Positions 38,710 to 51,842 are shown, numbered from the whole stretch's first letter. The stretch is 63,832 nucleotides of DNA, filler included, from Craspedostauros australis (GCA_030167865.1; 13 parts of 13 records of this genome joined end to end with filler, not necessarily neighbours in it), one strand, 5' to 3'. Notes: generated by a model from the letters alone, not told the origin. A program made the numbers and translations.

Positions 38710-40593
38710 TCACCTCCCCGGCCCCCTGGGGCAATGTGTTGAGCAATCTGTCAAGTGTCCCTTCTCAAGCCATCCCCAGCCACAACGCCATGCTCGCCTC
38801 TTGGCTTGTATTGTTCGCAATCGTCGCCGCGCTTTCACCACCGCTTGGATGGCTATCATAGAGTTCACCCACTGTTTCATCTGTTTCTCTGTACTGTACT
38901 TGATACTGCAGGCTTCTTGGAGTAGGTGTAGCTCCGATTTGTTCATGTTCTGGCTCGCACCCTGTATCAGTCTTCGTACCTGCCTACGCAAGTCCCTCGT
39001 GGCCAGGTGTTGTTCTTCATCATGCACTTTGGCGTTCCTGGCCATCCACACCTCCCAGGGCACTTTCCGTATCCATCGCACCATTTCCCGAGCCCATGCG
39101 TTTGTGTCTGGATATCAGCACTCGTGTATCATCATCCATTGTTCCTGCTGGCTTACCCAGTCCTTGTGCAGAAGCCCTACCAGTAGTGGGTACCATCCAA
39201 TGACACTTTGTGTGTCATTCGAGCCTACGTTCCTTGTCCATTTCGCCAAACCAAACCCACTCTCATGTTCCTTACCAATCGTGGGGATGTTCCACTCTCC
39301 GCCATGCGATCCACTAGGTTCGAGGTGACGATCGTCCATGCCTCGTGATGTTCTGGGCATTGGTACACATGCTGGTTGGTTTCGTCGCGCCTGCAGATCT
39401 TGCACTTGGCCAATGACATCTGTCCGGTCTGGAGCAACTTCTTGTTGACCCCAATGAATCCAGAGGCCCACTTCAAAATGAACATGGTCAAGCTGCAGTT
39501 TTGCTTGGACTGGCGCATCGCATTGTCCGTGCGCCAATCGACCTGGTCCAGCTGGTTGCTGTCCGACTGGAACTTCGAGGACCAATACTTCATCGCCAAG
39601 GCAGACTGAAGGAGCTCATTCATCGCACCTGGGTCCATGTGTGAGTGGTCATCTTTGCAAAGCTGGAGTCGCCACCTGCCGGTGTCAGTGGACCAGGTTC
39701 GCACGTTGGGCCTCTGACAGGTTTCTTCCCAGAATTGCTTGGCTTTCTTGTTGGCCTCCATGTTGAGCTGATCCATCACCGTCAGCTGTTTGCCGGTGGC
39801 TTCTTAGTGCCCCTTCACCCATTTCCACTTCAGCAAAGCCAGGATCTGCCATTGGAGCCTCCTGATTTCCGTAAGAACATCCCAGTCCTTTTGGCTTGGT
39901 AGCAAGTCGTCCTCCTGTGCTGGCAAGAGTGCCTGCTTGCCGTCCAGGGCAATGGTGATCACACTGTCCTTGTGAATGCCTGGAATCTCCGAGACGATTG
40001 CAAGGGACGCCCATATCCCAGTTAACTCGCTTCCATAGGCACTGTGAACTTCTGGGGCCCTCAGAACGAACGTTTGGCAGTACATGTACTGCTGGGATTT
40101 GACGTCAAACGCAATCAATACTGATGTTGCTTGCCTGTCTTTGGACGACCCGGCGCTCACCATCAAAAGTTTGTTGCAGTTTGCTGCCCTCGTCGCCTGG
40201 TGGAGCACCATATCCCCCACAAGGTTTTCAATCGGATCATATGCGGCGGTGGGCTCGTCAGGAGGCTTTGCGANNNNNNNNNNNNNNNNNNNNNNNNNNN
40301 NNNNNNNNNNNNNNNNNNNNNNNNNNNNNNNNNNNNNNNNNNNNNNNNNNNNNNNNNNNNNNNNNNNNNNNNNNNNNNNNNNNNNNNNNNNNNNNNNNNG
40401 ATACAGTCGATACCATAGAATCGGAGAGGCAGCCAGGTCCAAGATGTCATCTTGATATGGCTCCTTCCACCATCGCCACAACCTGTTGTCGCAGTGCCAC
40501 TTGCCCAATGGTCGGTGTAGCGTTATACCTTGGTACCATATCAATCTGCACCACTGTTGCCACTCCTTCCACCAACCACTTGGTAATCTCTGC
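38710..40593 (-). mobile_element. Decayed non-LTR retrotransposon (Ambal-like), RNase H and C-terminal Zn knuckle
   Basis: VSAGS..SAYGSELTGI..IALDGKQAL..DWDVL..WKWVKGH*..LNMEANKKAK, then CKICRRDETNQHVYQC; in-frame stops and frameshifts. Confidence 0.8.
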
Positions 40594-41278
40594 NNNNNNN
40601 NNNNNNNNNNNNNNNNNNNNNNNNNNNNNNNNNNNNNTTAATTAATTAANNNNNNNNNNNNNNNNNNNNNNNNNNNNNNNNNNNNNNNNNNNNATTGGAC
40701 GTAAACGCGCACCCGCCGCTTCTCCCAGAACTCTACAACTAGCGCTATCGTGGACAGGGTGTTGGATGCTCTGATCGAAACGCCTGAAAAAGAAACTAAA
40801 CAATTCAAAATGGGAACAACCTTGCTGAAACAAAGAACAGCAACGCGTTAACTTGGATCGATGTAGTCGTAGCCAAACAGCTGAAACCCGAAAGAGATCG
40901 AAAAATGCGCACATCCATCGGTCCATAAAACTTAAAATACGGCCAACCTCAGATCTGTAATGGATTGGTATATGTTTTAGATCTACGAGGATTGGGAATA
41001 TGTACTTAGTTTTGAAATCCGGGAAAAAAATATGGAATGTTGATTGCAAACAGTTGGTCGACTCGCAACTAGCTTAAAAGCTAGTTGCCATGCGATAAAG
41101 TAAACGTCTCGCATCCGGTGTGGATAGAGACCCACACGAAGCTCGCACTGCGCCACCATGAACTTTCTCTCACTCGAGACACAAAACCATTGCTGTACAT
41201 AGATATAGTGCCTCTGTACATTCAATTCTACTCAACGTTCCACCACATTTTCTTTGGTTCAGGCATTATACTCGCAGA

Positions 41279-44193
41279 TCAACCGCTGCTGCTCTTGCTT
41301 CGAATCTCGTCAGCATCCAAATGAACTCGCTGCACATGACCTTGGCTGTTCAGCATGACTGCGACGAAATCAGGATTCGCGAGATCACTTGCCATTGCTC
41401 CAGTCGCTCGCTTTGAGTGCTGAGCGGATCTGGGGCCTTTCAATGAGGACCCTGCCATCAGCTTGGCATGGGAAGCTCGCAGAGCGTTGGTCTTCATTCG
41501 ATCGCCCAACATGCGTTTGCGATCGCGCTTGTCCTTCTCGAAGCGGATCGCGCCATCGCGAACCACCTCGTCGGAATCCAACGAGATCTGCCCATCCCCC
41601 TTGAAGCACTTTCTGGCGGAGACCATGCCATCCGTGACCTCCTCCAAGTGATTCATGAAGTCCAAACAGATACGCTTGCGCGAACGCCAAACCGTGGTCA
41701 TTTTGGTGATCTTACGTTTGGTTCTCGCCTTGTGCTCTTGATTCACCTGAAGCTTGCGAGCGTCTTCCACTTCGATTCTGTATTGGGAGACGGTCGATTC
41801 ATGCTCATCGAGCCGCGTCTCGAGATCCAAGTTCGTTGGTTCGTTGGCTAACTTCCGAGTGCTGAATAGTGTGGCGTTCAATTCGTCTTCCAACGCATCT
41901 CGCTTCGCCGTGCTTACAGCCAGTTTGGAGGCGAGCTCTCCCTGTTCCGATGGAGAGAGACCAGGTTTCTTGCCATGGTCAAAGTAGTACAGGCTCGCGT
42001 TGAGAGACCGTCCAGGCTTGTAGACAACGGAACCGCAAAGGGCATCAGAGGAAGGTGCCTTCTTGTGAGTATCCTGTCGCGGTTGACCCTGGCTTCGTCG
42101 TCCATCACGGTTTTCTTTGCCGTCGTCGTCGTCGCTATTCACGTCGAACGGGTTGGCGTTGCTGTCTTCGCCGTCATCCTTCGAGGCCATCTCCTTGAGG
42201 CAAGACGACAGCAATGGAGCAGGAACAACTCCTTTCAATTTCTAGCTCACAAAAAGTGTACAAGTCGTACGCGCACGCCGATAGCAATATTTGTGCCAGC
42301 GGACAATTCAGACAAACGGGGAATAGCGTTAGCTGAGGTTGGATGAGGTGCGGCGCAACAGTACCGGCGGGACCGGCAGCGTAAAACTGGATGATCTTCA
42401 TCACACGCTGCAAAGTACCACCAAGTACACATGTATGTGTGAGAGAGGCAGAAGAAGTCTCCACGCCCAATCCCTCTTACCTTGTGAGCTTGTGTGATGT
42501 TGACCGGTTTCATTGCACGATACAGCATATCGAGAATCAGCTTCTCCGCAGCGGCCTTGCTGACGATGATGCGTCCGCCGCCCATCGCAGTCGCTGCATC
42601 TTGCCACTTTTTGTGGATGGCAAGCGATGCCTTCGATGGTTTGCGAGATGTGGATGGACGCGGGGTTATCGCTTTCGGTGATTTCGATCGCGAACCGACA
42701 TCGGTGATCATGGCCGCAACCACGTTGGACGGCGGCGGGGTGACGCACTTGCTCATGCTGAGTGCCTGAACTGCGTTGCTCGTCGGTGGGGACTGCGGAA
42801 TGCAGGACAGTGGCTGACGTTGCGCCGGGCTTCCGCCGGATGAAGTGGAAGGGCTGCAAACGTTTGGTAGAGGTGGACAAGGCGTCTCATCCGCAGTCTT
42901 TGAGTGCCGTGCTGTTTGCGCTGGTGGAGCTTGCGGCAGGTCCGGCATCTTGGGATTTCTGCGCTTGGAGCATTTCTTCTTGATGAGCTTCTTGTGGTCG
43001 ACGGCGAGGAAGGATACTGGGATGTCCGAGGGTGATGGCCAACCACCAAAGTCATTTTCCTGGCAGTCAACACAGTAGGCCCACTTGTCGCTCTTCGTGT
43101 CACTCTTGACGTAGATACCAAATGCCTGGGTGGAGCATTGATCACAAAGACGAATCTCAGCAGTGGAAGACAGTTCTGCGATTGAGAAGATGCGATGCAA
43201 GTCCCAACCACCGTCGCCCTCATCCTCATCCTCATCCTCACCTGTGTCCTTGTCCTTGCCCTTCGCTTCATCTTCGTCCTTGTTTTGGTCATTGCTATTT
43301 TCCGTAGACCCTTTTCGCTGCTCCTTCTTCGTTTCCTTCTCCTTCTTGCTCTCGTTGTTGAGCCGTTCGTGGTCGGTGCCATCGTCGGCATGCTCTTTTT
43401 GGTCCGCACCATCCTTGCTGTTGCTTGTGTCGTCGACGATCGCATCGGTCGCACAAGCCGGGCGAGCGTTGCTGTTATTGCCGTTGCTTGCATCAACAAC
43501 TGAAGCGCCTGCGCTATTTGCGATTGGATTTGCTTGTGGAAGGTCGGTAGGTATAGCACCGTCATTCGCTGTGTCGACTGCGTTGCACTTGTCGTTGCCG
43601 TGGTCATTATCATCACCATTGTTCCGATGAGCGATCTGTGAACAAGAAGACAAGGGGGGAGAGACATTAGATCGTGCGTCGGCAAAGCACGCATGCGGAC
43701 ACATAATCTATTACTTTCTTGCGTGCGAACACTGCGCAAGCAATCCAGAGTGGCTCGCGGAAGTTCGTGTATAGAATAGTATGGTATCCACATCTGCATC
43801 TGCATTGACATCAACATCCACATGAAGTGAGAGCAGAGCACAGTGTGCACTTACCTCGTGCTCGGGGGCGCCTGCCGCTGGCGCTTCTTGCTTGGACCCT
43901 GTCACAGGCTCTCCGCCATCGCTTTCGGCGGCGTCTTGGTCCTTCTCGTGAGCAGCGTGATCATCAGCTTGTGGGCATGCATCAAGTGCAGTGGCTGGGG
44001 ATCCACTTGCTGGTGATTCCTTCATACCATTTTGCTCATTTCTTGCTGGACATGCGCTGGGAGCTGGATCCGTTGAGGGCGCAGCCATGGCCGCAACTTC
44101 CTCTTCAGCGCGATCTTGCTTCTTGCTGACGGATTCTTGCTCATGATCGACCTTGTCGGCCGCACGGTTCGTGCTCGATGATCGGGTTATCAT
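41279..44193 (-). CDS. HOP2: HOP2/TBPIP-like homologous pairing protein with long N-terminal extension; exons 44193-43855, 43635-42481, 42241-41279
   Basis: AEKLILDMLYRAMKPVNIT (winged-helix start), LYY, coiled coil LANEPTNLDL, WRSRKRICLDF; both introns GTAAG..AG, phase 0. Confidence 0.7.
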
Positions 44194-44895
44194 TGTGAGT
44201 ATGTCTTGTATCGTACTCTATTATATTCGGAGAGAAGTATTGTGGATGGAGCACCACAGCAATTGCCTTTCTTGGTGATTGGGTGGCGAGACTGACCGCC
44301 GTTCGATTCTGCTGTTGTTCTGATGTGAATCGAGTTTTATGACACTCGCGGTCAACAACCTCTTGCCTCCTTTGTGCACATGACGCTGCCATTCCTTCGC
44401 CTTCGATCTATCTCTTGGCGCGCACTCTGGATCCACTTCTCTGTTCCGCATGTCGATCATCGTCTTGGTTCCTCACCTGACCGTTGCCTGCTTCGTGGTC
44501 ATGCCTGTTGTGGGCGATCTTGTTCAGGAACATGTGTGTGTTGTCGAGTGCGAAAAGGTATCTTTGGTGAGATTTTCTTGTTGGCGCGATGATTAAGTCA
44601 GATGAGTCGAAGTTCGAATGAAGCGATACGGTCGATGGCAAGACTGAACGAAACCCGAGCGAGAGTATCGCGTCAAAACATGACGTCAGCAATCTGATCG
44701 TGCTGCGTGGATTTAGCAGAGTATTTTTCGTGACGTGCGGATGAGCCGTGGCAGGGCGCCAGTACGCCATACAGCGTCCTGGCTACGTGGATTGATGCAC
44801 GAGGCCGCACGCGAGGATTTACGATGCCGAGGTGATGGATTTGCTGCGGATGGGCTCACGCTCTCTGTCGAGTGGTCTACCACACTTCTTCCAAA

Positions 44896-44975
44896 TGATG
44901 CACAACCTGCGACTGATGCGCAACCTGCAACTGATGCGCAACCTGCAACTGATGCGCAACCTGCGACTGATGCAC
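44896..44975 (+). repeat. 18-bp tandem repeat TGATGCGCAACCTGC(A/G)AC, ~4.5 copies
   Basis: Seen directly. Confidence 0.9.
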
Positions 44976-47414
44976 AATGCTTGTTCCCAATTTTGTGAGA
45001 GGCAGAAAGCGCAACGGAAGCGAAGGAGCGCCGGACAATTTTGTGAATCGTTTGAGGAGTCGTGGATGAGTTGAGCGATCTTTGGCCAGCACACGACTCA
45101 GAGTTGGCGCGAAGCTGCGTCCAGCACAACAAAATGTGTCGGTAATACTGCACGGAATGACGCGAAACTGCGGTTGATGTTCCTTCGGGCGTGGCAACGT
45201 TGCATGGCGGACAAGAGGTGCGACGGACGCAAATAAAGATAGTTGGATCTTGCTTGCAGAGGCTATGCCGCAATGAACGCAGCGAATGCTGATCGACGGC
45301 GTTGTTCTTTGCTTTTCTGTTCTGGCTTGTCAACTTGACTGTTCGTCATTTATGTGAAGCGAGTGGCGTTATGCAACTTAATATCATTGGTATCTACCAG
45401 AAACGACGCAATCAAACGATTATGTGCAGAGGCTGAACAGTGTGTCGCAACGGGACATTAACATCAATGAATACTACGCCGATGTTGGGGCGCTGATGCG
45501 TGTGCTATAAGTATATTAGTCTGTGTTCAGACATAGTGATACTTAATGGAGAAGAATACGACACGCCACACACAACAATCCAAAGTTCCATTTCCGCGCT
45601 TTCTGACCTATGACGATTTGAGTTTGTCGCCGGTCGCACATTGCACAAACTCCAAGACCGGCCATCCCGACGTGCTCAAAGCCCACAAGGCAACCAACAC
45701 ACAAACTTCCACTTTCTTTGGCGAAAGGGCGCGTTGTGGCCTTCACAAACAATCAACAACAACGAAAGGGAGACGCAGAGAGAGAGAGAGAGAGCATCAA
45801 CCACCTGCAACGGTAAAGGTCTCGAAGAATTGGACGACAGCACGATCCCCGGCGTCTGCAGAGGCGCCGTGAGTCAGCCCAATTCCTTGGCTGCTGCACC
45901 AACAATCATCGCGGTGCGCCCTTGCGATTCTGATGAAGTTCAAATGGCGTCTGGAGCACAATGCGCAGCCAAGACATCGTTCGAACAAAGAGAGAGAGAG
46001 AGAGAGGGCGACAACAAACAGGGTCAATCGCCTCCTTCCGTAAACCTCTGCACCTCCACTCTTCGCCCTACAATGTGGCCACCACACCATACGAATGCAA
46101 ACGCATCAGTTCCGTTCATCACGGGCCACCCCACCGCCAATGCTCGTACCGTAGGTCTCGCATGCGGTCACCCGAAGCAAAACTCGTCGACGAATATTTC
46201 CCAATCCTCCAGACCACACAATGCTTACGAGATGAACAGAAAACGAATAAAGTTTCAAAACGGCCACACTGTGACGTCCAAGCCTTCTGCTGCCACGTTC
46301 GACGCTAATCACGGACTTCACTTCATCGCTGTACCATCAGCCACACCCTGCGTTGGACGAATGATCCTCAGTTTTTTAATGCCTGCGTGGCGTTCCCGCC
46401 ATTTTCCGGTATCACAGCAAACCTGCCAACCAACACGAAGACACTGGACGCAAGAACATTCACGCCACTTCAATTTGTGAGAGCAACCACAGCACAATGT
46501 GAGCAACCGCAACAACAGCATAAAAAACATTCACAGCATTCATCTTGTGTTGAATCGGCATCACTTCTGTTGTCTCAAGACAACTCTGTTCTCCTCAAAA
46601 AACACATCGAGTGAAGAGTGCAAAGCCAACACAGACAACGAGCAGTGCACCAGAATCGCAGGTCAATCCAAGATCAATTGATCGAGCAGCCAGCAGAAGT
46701 GAGTCCAGCACGAGTGCATTCACGATGTGTATGTACCATATACACCATACTTATTCATACACAAACTACTCGCATGTGCAATTTTCAGGCAGGCACGATG
46801 ATGTCAACGTCAACCAACAGCACAATGGGCACTACTTCTTCACCGCATGTTGTCAGATGAAGCAAGGGCAATATCCAAAGGGCGATGAGCGGCAGCATGG
46901 CCAGGCTTCCACTCCCCCATCGGTTGCGACTGAATACAAGATACGAAGCGTGAGATGCAACTGGTGCAACACGATCAACGCAGCGATCAGCATGGGAGAA
47001 GAAGCGCGGAACTTGTGCGAGTCTGCGTGGCACTGGCACGGACCACCCAGCTCCCATTTCGCTTCTTGGTCCACGTGCCCTCTCGTATGTTGTCGTCGTC
47101 CGCAGCGCATCTCATCCGTGCGGCTGCCGTCGCCACCGCGGATAGAGCCTCTCTCCTTCGACTGCTGTTTCCTTCTTCGATCGTTAATTCCATTTCCCAC
47201 TCACACATTCATCAATTCGTCTCAATATTGTCGTTCTACGGATTCATCGCTTCAAAATGACTTCGCATCATGGTGCATGGTGCTGGACGTTGTCATGGGC
47301 GTGAAACTGGTCCTATCTCGTCATCATGGCACGCATCGGCATAACACCGACCCTTGTCGCCACGCTGCGTGTCTGACGATCCAACTCACCTCAAGGCATC
47401 TAGCTACAGGAACC

Positions 47415-50400
47415 ATGTTCAAGTTCAAGGTCGCCATGATGGGCGCGCTGCTTCTTGCCAGCATGGCGATGACTGACGCAGTTCTGCACGGTCGTGGAGA
47501 TGTGGCGCGCAAGAAGTACCGCGATGGCTTGCTCCGCACTACACGTCTACTTGAAGCAGACGACATGGACAGCACCGACAAGAGCGATGGTCTCACGACG
47601 AAAGGAAAGGGCAAGAGCCAGGGCAAGAGCAAGGGCCTGAGTGGCAGCAGCTGCGACACCACCAGCGGCGATGTCGGTAGTGGCAAAGGCAAAGGCAAGG
47701 GTGGTGGCACCAGCAGTGGTGATGGTGGTGTTGGTAGTGGACAAAGCAAGAGTGGCTGCATCACAAGCAATCCAACCTCGGCTCCCACAAGCTCCCCAAC
47801 CTCAACTCTCACTACTCCGTCACCCACCTTGGCCCCCACTTCTTCACCAACGGACGTACCTACCTCTGCCCTGACCTCAAGACCAACTTCAGCACCAACC
47901 AGCGGGCCCACCGTGTCGCCAACTGCTGCACCAACATCCGGGCCGACAACTCTGCCAACTTCCACACCGATTGCAGGAACAACTTCTGTGCCAACCTCCA
48001 TGCTTACTTCTCGTCTGACTTCTCAGCCAACCTCCAGCCCTACTTCTCGGCCTACTTCTCAGCCAACCTCCATGCCTACTTCTCGGCCTACTTCTCAGCC
48101 AACCTCCATGCCTACTTCTCGTCCGACTTCTCAGCCAACCTCCATGCCTACTTCCCGACCAACTTCAGCCCCAACTTCCATGCCGACGTCCCGACCCACC
48201 TCCGGACCAACTATCACGTCATCTACCGTCCCGAGTGCCGAAGCAAGCGGCAACCCGAGCTCAGGGCCAAGTGTTACGCCTTCATCTTCGCCAAGTGCTG
48301 TGGCAACTTCGGCCCCCACTGCGTTTGATGCAAGCATCATCGTTGTGTGCAACCCGGACGTAGACCCCACACCAGCGCTCACGCCAGCAGAGCAGGCAGT
48401 CAAGACACTCATTTGCAACAAGGAAAAGGCATCCTGTCGCCAAGCAATCCTTGCCGTCCGCAGCACTCCCGATCTGCGAACGTACTTTGGGTGCGCCGGC
48501 AACTTGGGAGAGAATGCAGCGCGCGTCCTCTTCAACCGATACGCATACAACCCAGAGCTGTCACGGCAGCTTGAAGAGGTGGCAACCACCGGAACGGCGT
48601 TGGTCACAGCTCTGCCTGCCGACATCGAAACTGCGTGCAGCAACGCCAGCGGAGTATGCTGCGCTAGCAGCGCATGTTCCTCGACTAGTCCAACCGCGTA
48701 CATGACCGTGGCTTTGGATGCCTGCACTGGGACCTCTGCGTGCGCCGACGTGGGTCCAAATCCGCTCATTCTGGAGTCTGCCTGCACTGGCAACTCCGCA
48801 TGCGAAGGCCTCAATCAAAACGAAGACCCGGTCGTCAGCTCCGGCGTCACGTTCGTTGGACAAGTCTCCTGCACAAGCGGTGGTTCGTGCACCGACCTTG
48901 GCGCCTTCTCGTACGGTGACGCGATCGTCCAGAACAGTGCCTGCATCGGGAGCAACTCGTGCACAGGCGTCGGAAGGCGTGCGAAACAAGCCACAGCGGC
49001 CCGCACCATCAGCAACGTCAACATTGGCCAGAATGCCTGCACAAACTCCAACGCCTGCACATCTGCACACGGATCCGTCGCCGCTGCTCCAGGAGGGAAG
49101 ATTGGGGGAGACCTCGTCATCAACGACGGTGCCTGCAACGGCAGCTCCGCCTGCGAAAGCCTCGGGCTGAACGATCTCATGACAACCGACATCGTCGTGC
49201 CGGAGGATAGCTGCGACGGAACCGAGGTTTGCCAAGGATGCTTCACGCAAGGCTGCCCACACCCATTTTCCCAGGTTTACGTCATCGTCAACCCATCTCT
49301 CGCCTGTCCGAAGGACGGTGCCGATAACCCAACCGGCGCCGCTGTCTCGGAGTTCTGCGTCAACAGAGCCGACCGACCTACTGAATGTCCAACTTTCGCA
49401 CCCACTCCACTTGCGAGTGACGTCCCGTCCGTGCTGCCGTCCGAGCTCCCGTCTAACGGACCAACAGCCACGCCATCTGATGCGCCGTCAGATCAGCCGA
49501 GCATGCTTCCATCGAATGGGCCCTCCAACTTCCCGAGCTTATTGCCATCAGACGGACCGACAGTGAACCCCACTGATGCCCCGACTATCAACAAGACAGT
49601 CTTCCAGAGCGTATGCTTGACGACACCAGGCGATGTCAGATCAGCAATTACCCCTGCGCCTGTTGTCCTCTGCGATGACAACGTGGGTGTGTGCACGAAC
49701 TTCGTCAATGCCGTCGAGCGGCTCCCATCCAACAAGGACAGGCTGGTGAAGAGCATCTTTGGATGCGGTCCGGACACAGCAACTCCCTCTTCGCCCAGCG
49801 AGGCCCAGTCGCGCTTCGACCGTATCAAAAATGACCCGAATGCCATCGCAGCCATCCTTGCCGCTCTCGAAGGAAGTGGAACTTTCCTCACCGGAACCTC
49901 GATCGAGCTTGAGATGCGATGCAGAGATCTGAACGCGGCATGTTGCCCAGGTTCTTCGGGCTCTTCCTGCCTCACATCCGACGACTCTGTATTCACCATC
50001 ACTCCAGATTCGTGCGCAGCGGACGAATCTTGCATCGACGTGGCCCCGGATTCCATCATCATCGGAAGCTGCTTGGGATTCAAGTCCTGCTGGAGCCTTG
50101 GCAGATTCGAGCCACGTGGGGTGCCCCCTCCAACAACTACTCAAGAACCCTCCGTCAGTCAGGCACCGAGTAAAAGCCTGGAACCCACCTTGATGCCCTC
50201 CAAAAGCATCGCACCAAGCTCGACCCCAAGCTTCAGCGAAGAACCGAGCATGGTTCCTTCCAGGAGCGTCGCACCCAGTGAAAGCTTTGAACCGACCTTG
50301 ATGGTTACCAGCCCCCCTGGTGCGGCCCCACCGACACCACCTGCAACACCCAGTCCAACCGGAAGCGCCGCACCTACCACAACTCCAGGGCCCACCGACG

Positions 50401-51020
50401 CTCCAAGTATCAGTAGTTCGCCGAGCGAAGCTCCAACTCCCGGCATTGCGCCCAGCAGCGCTCCAAGCATCGTCCCAAGTGAAGTGCCGAGCGTGTTCCG
50501 AGTCGAAGTCCGTCCCGGCGAGAGTGCTGATATTGGGTACGTCATCATCGGACCGGCCGCATGCACTGGTACCTGCGGCTGCCAAGATCTCGGAGTGAAC
50601 GTGTACGGTAACATTCGTGTCGAGCAAGCGGCATGCAATGGCAATGAAAGCTGCAACGCTCTCGCACTGCGTGCCAACCAAGGAACGACCGTCACTCCTC
50701 AGATCGCTGACATCTTCATCGGTACGAACGCTTGCCAAGGTTCAGCTTCCTGCAAGGACCTGCACGCTGGCGCAAGCAAGACTTTGGGCAGCGTGAACAT
50801 TGGAGACGGCGCGTGCATGTCGCGAAACAGTTGCAACGGCGCTGCCAACGACAACGCGGCGATTGACGATCTCGTCATCACCGCCGGTACCTGCTCCCCC
50901 GCTTCGGGTTGCCAAGACTGTGCCAAAACGGACATGTGCCCTGGCCCTCCTGGCCAGACCTACACCATCAGCGATCCAGCTGCTGCCTGCCCGAAACCAG
51001 TCTCCGCCTTCTGTACCTAA
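47415..51020 (+). CDS. Large secreted mucin-like protein with PT/PS repeats and Cys-rich ACxGxxSC repeats
   Basis: Signal peptide MFKFKVAMMGALLLASMAMTDA, RxL site (TRLLE), GKGK motifs, P(T/S)xx tracts and two Cys-rich modules; the ORF part upstream of 47415 looks non-coding. Confidence 0.85.
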   Translation: MFKFKVAMMGALLLASMAMTDAVLHGRGDVARKKYRDGLLRTTRLLEADDMDSTDKSDGLTTKGKGKSQGKSKGLSGSSCDTTSGDVGSGKGKGKGGGTSSGDGGVGSGQSKSGCITSNPTSAPTSSPTSTLTTPSPTLAPTSSPTDVPTSALTSRPTSAPTSGPTVSPTAAPTSGPTTLPTSTPIAGTTSVPTSMLTSRLTSQPTSSPTSRPTSQPTSMPTSRPTSQPTSMPTSRPTSQPTSMPTSRPTSAPTSMPTSRPTSGPTITSSTVPSAEASGNPSSGPSVTPSSSPSAVATSAPTAFDASIIVVCNPDVDPTPALTPAEQAVKTLICNKEKASCRQAILAVRSTPDLRTYFGCAGNLGENAARVLFNRYAYNPELSRQLEEVATTGTALVTALPADIETACSNASGVCCASSACSSTSPTAYMTVALDACTGTSACADVGPNPLILESACTGNSACEGLNQNEDPVVSSGVTFVGQVSCTSGGSCTDLGAFSYGDAIVQNSACIGSNSCTGVGRRAKQATAARTISNVNIGQNACTNSNACTSAHGSVAAAPGGKIGGDLVINDGACNGSSACESLGLNDLMTTDIVVPEDSCDGTEVCQGCFTQGCPHPFSQVYVIVNPSLACPKDGADNPTGAAVSEFCVNRADRPTECPTFAPTPLASDVPSVLPSELPSNGPTATPSDAPSDQPSMLPSNGPSNFPSLLPSDGPTVNPTDAPTINKTVFQSVCLTTPGDVRSAITPAPVVLCDDNVGVCTNFVNAVERLPSNKDRLVKSIFGCGPDTATPSSPSEAQSRFDRIKNDPNAIAAILAALEGSGTFLTGTSIELEMRCRDLNAACCPGSSGSSCLTSDDSVFTITPDSCAADESCIDVAPDSIIIGSCLGFKSCWSLGRFEPRGVPPPTTTQEPSVSQAPSKSLEPTLMPSKSIAPSSTPSFSEEPSMVPSRSVAPSESFEPTLMVTSPPGAAPPTPPATPSPTGSAAPTTTPGPTDAPSISSSPSEAPTPGIAPSSAPSIVPSEVPSVFRVEVRPGESADIGYVIIGPAACTGTCGCQDLGVNVYGNIRVEQAACNGNESCNALALRANQGTTVTPQIADIFIGTNACQGSASCKDLHAGASKTLGSVNIGDGACMSRNSCNGAANDNAAIDDLVITAGTCSPASGCQDCAKTDMCPGPPGQTYTISDPAAACPKPVSAFCT

Positions 51021-51842
51021 ATCTCGTAAATGTAACCCACGCACACATAACAAACAGATATTATTGTGCCGAGTACGAGGTAGAATAGAACAGAGAACTC
51101 CACTTCACTCCACTTTACACTGCTCTACTGCAAAGTCGTCTATCAAACGGGATGCAGGCGTGCCAATTCGCACAGTGATCGCAGGGGATAGAAGAAATCA
51201 TCCTCTGGTTGCACAGGAGTGTACACATGCACGAGCCATCCATGGAGTAGAGCACAACAGACCAAAGCAGAAAACAACCACGAAGTGCACTGTATCAGGT
51301 GACGCACGAGCCAACAAACGTCACGCTCGGATCTTTGGCAACACGAGAAGCGTGCCAATGTCGCCTGGTCTTGCGGGAATGGATTTGATTTCCGACCAGC
51401 GAATGAAACAGACGAAGTGTGTCGCCTGCGACACGGAAGCGACATGTTGAGTGCGCGCTGCAATTCACGTCACCGGCACGATTTGCCCACGACGCTTCTT
51501 GTTTTCGCGGTATCAAACGCACCACGCGCACAAAAACCTCACGCAAGGAAGCGAAACAAGCACAAAACAGGATTGTTGGGGCATTGCGCGCATCGTGGTG
51601 GATTTGCTGTTCGAAGATCTTCCCATGCGTCATTGCTGGCCACAGCCAAACCCACCTTTCCGCAATCCTCGTATCCACATCCTGTTGACTCTTCGCTTGG
51701 GAAGCAGCACATTTCAGGATCCGGCATCCATCCAGCGATCACATCGCCACACGGTCAGCCTCAACATCAACTTTGTCATCAGCATCGTCATCAGCATCGT
51801 CATCAGCATCATCGTCAACCATCGCTGCATTTGAAGGCCAAC

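Noticed and set aside
14930..44193. Apparent meiosis cluster (MLH1, ASPM, HOP2)
   Set aside because: The genes lie on different contigs separated by spacers; order and linkage are unproven.
46611..47414. N-terminal 268 aa of the 1469-aa ORF
   Set aside because: GTG start, non-coding composition; the signal peptide begins at ATG 47415.
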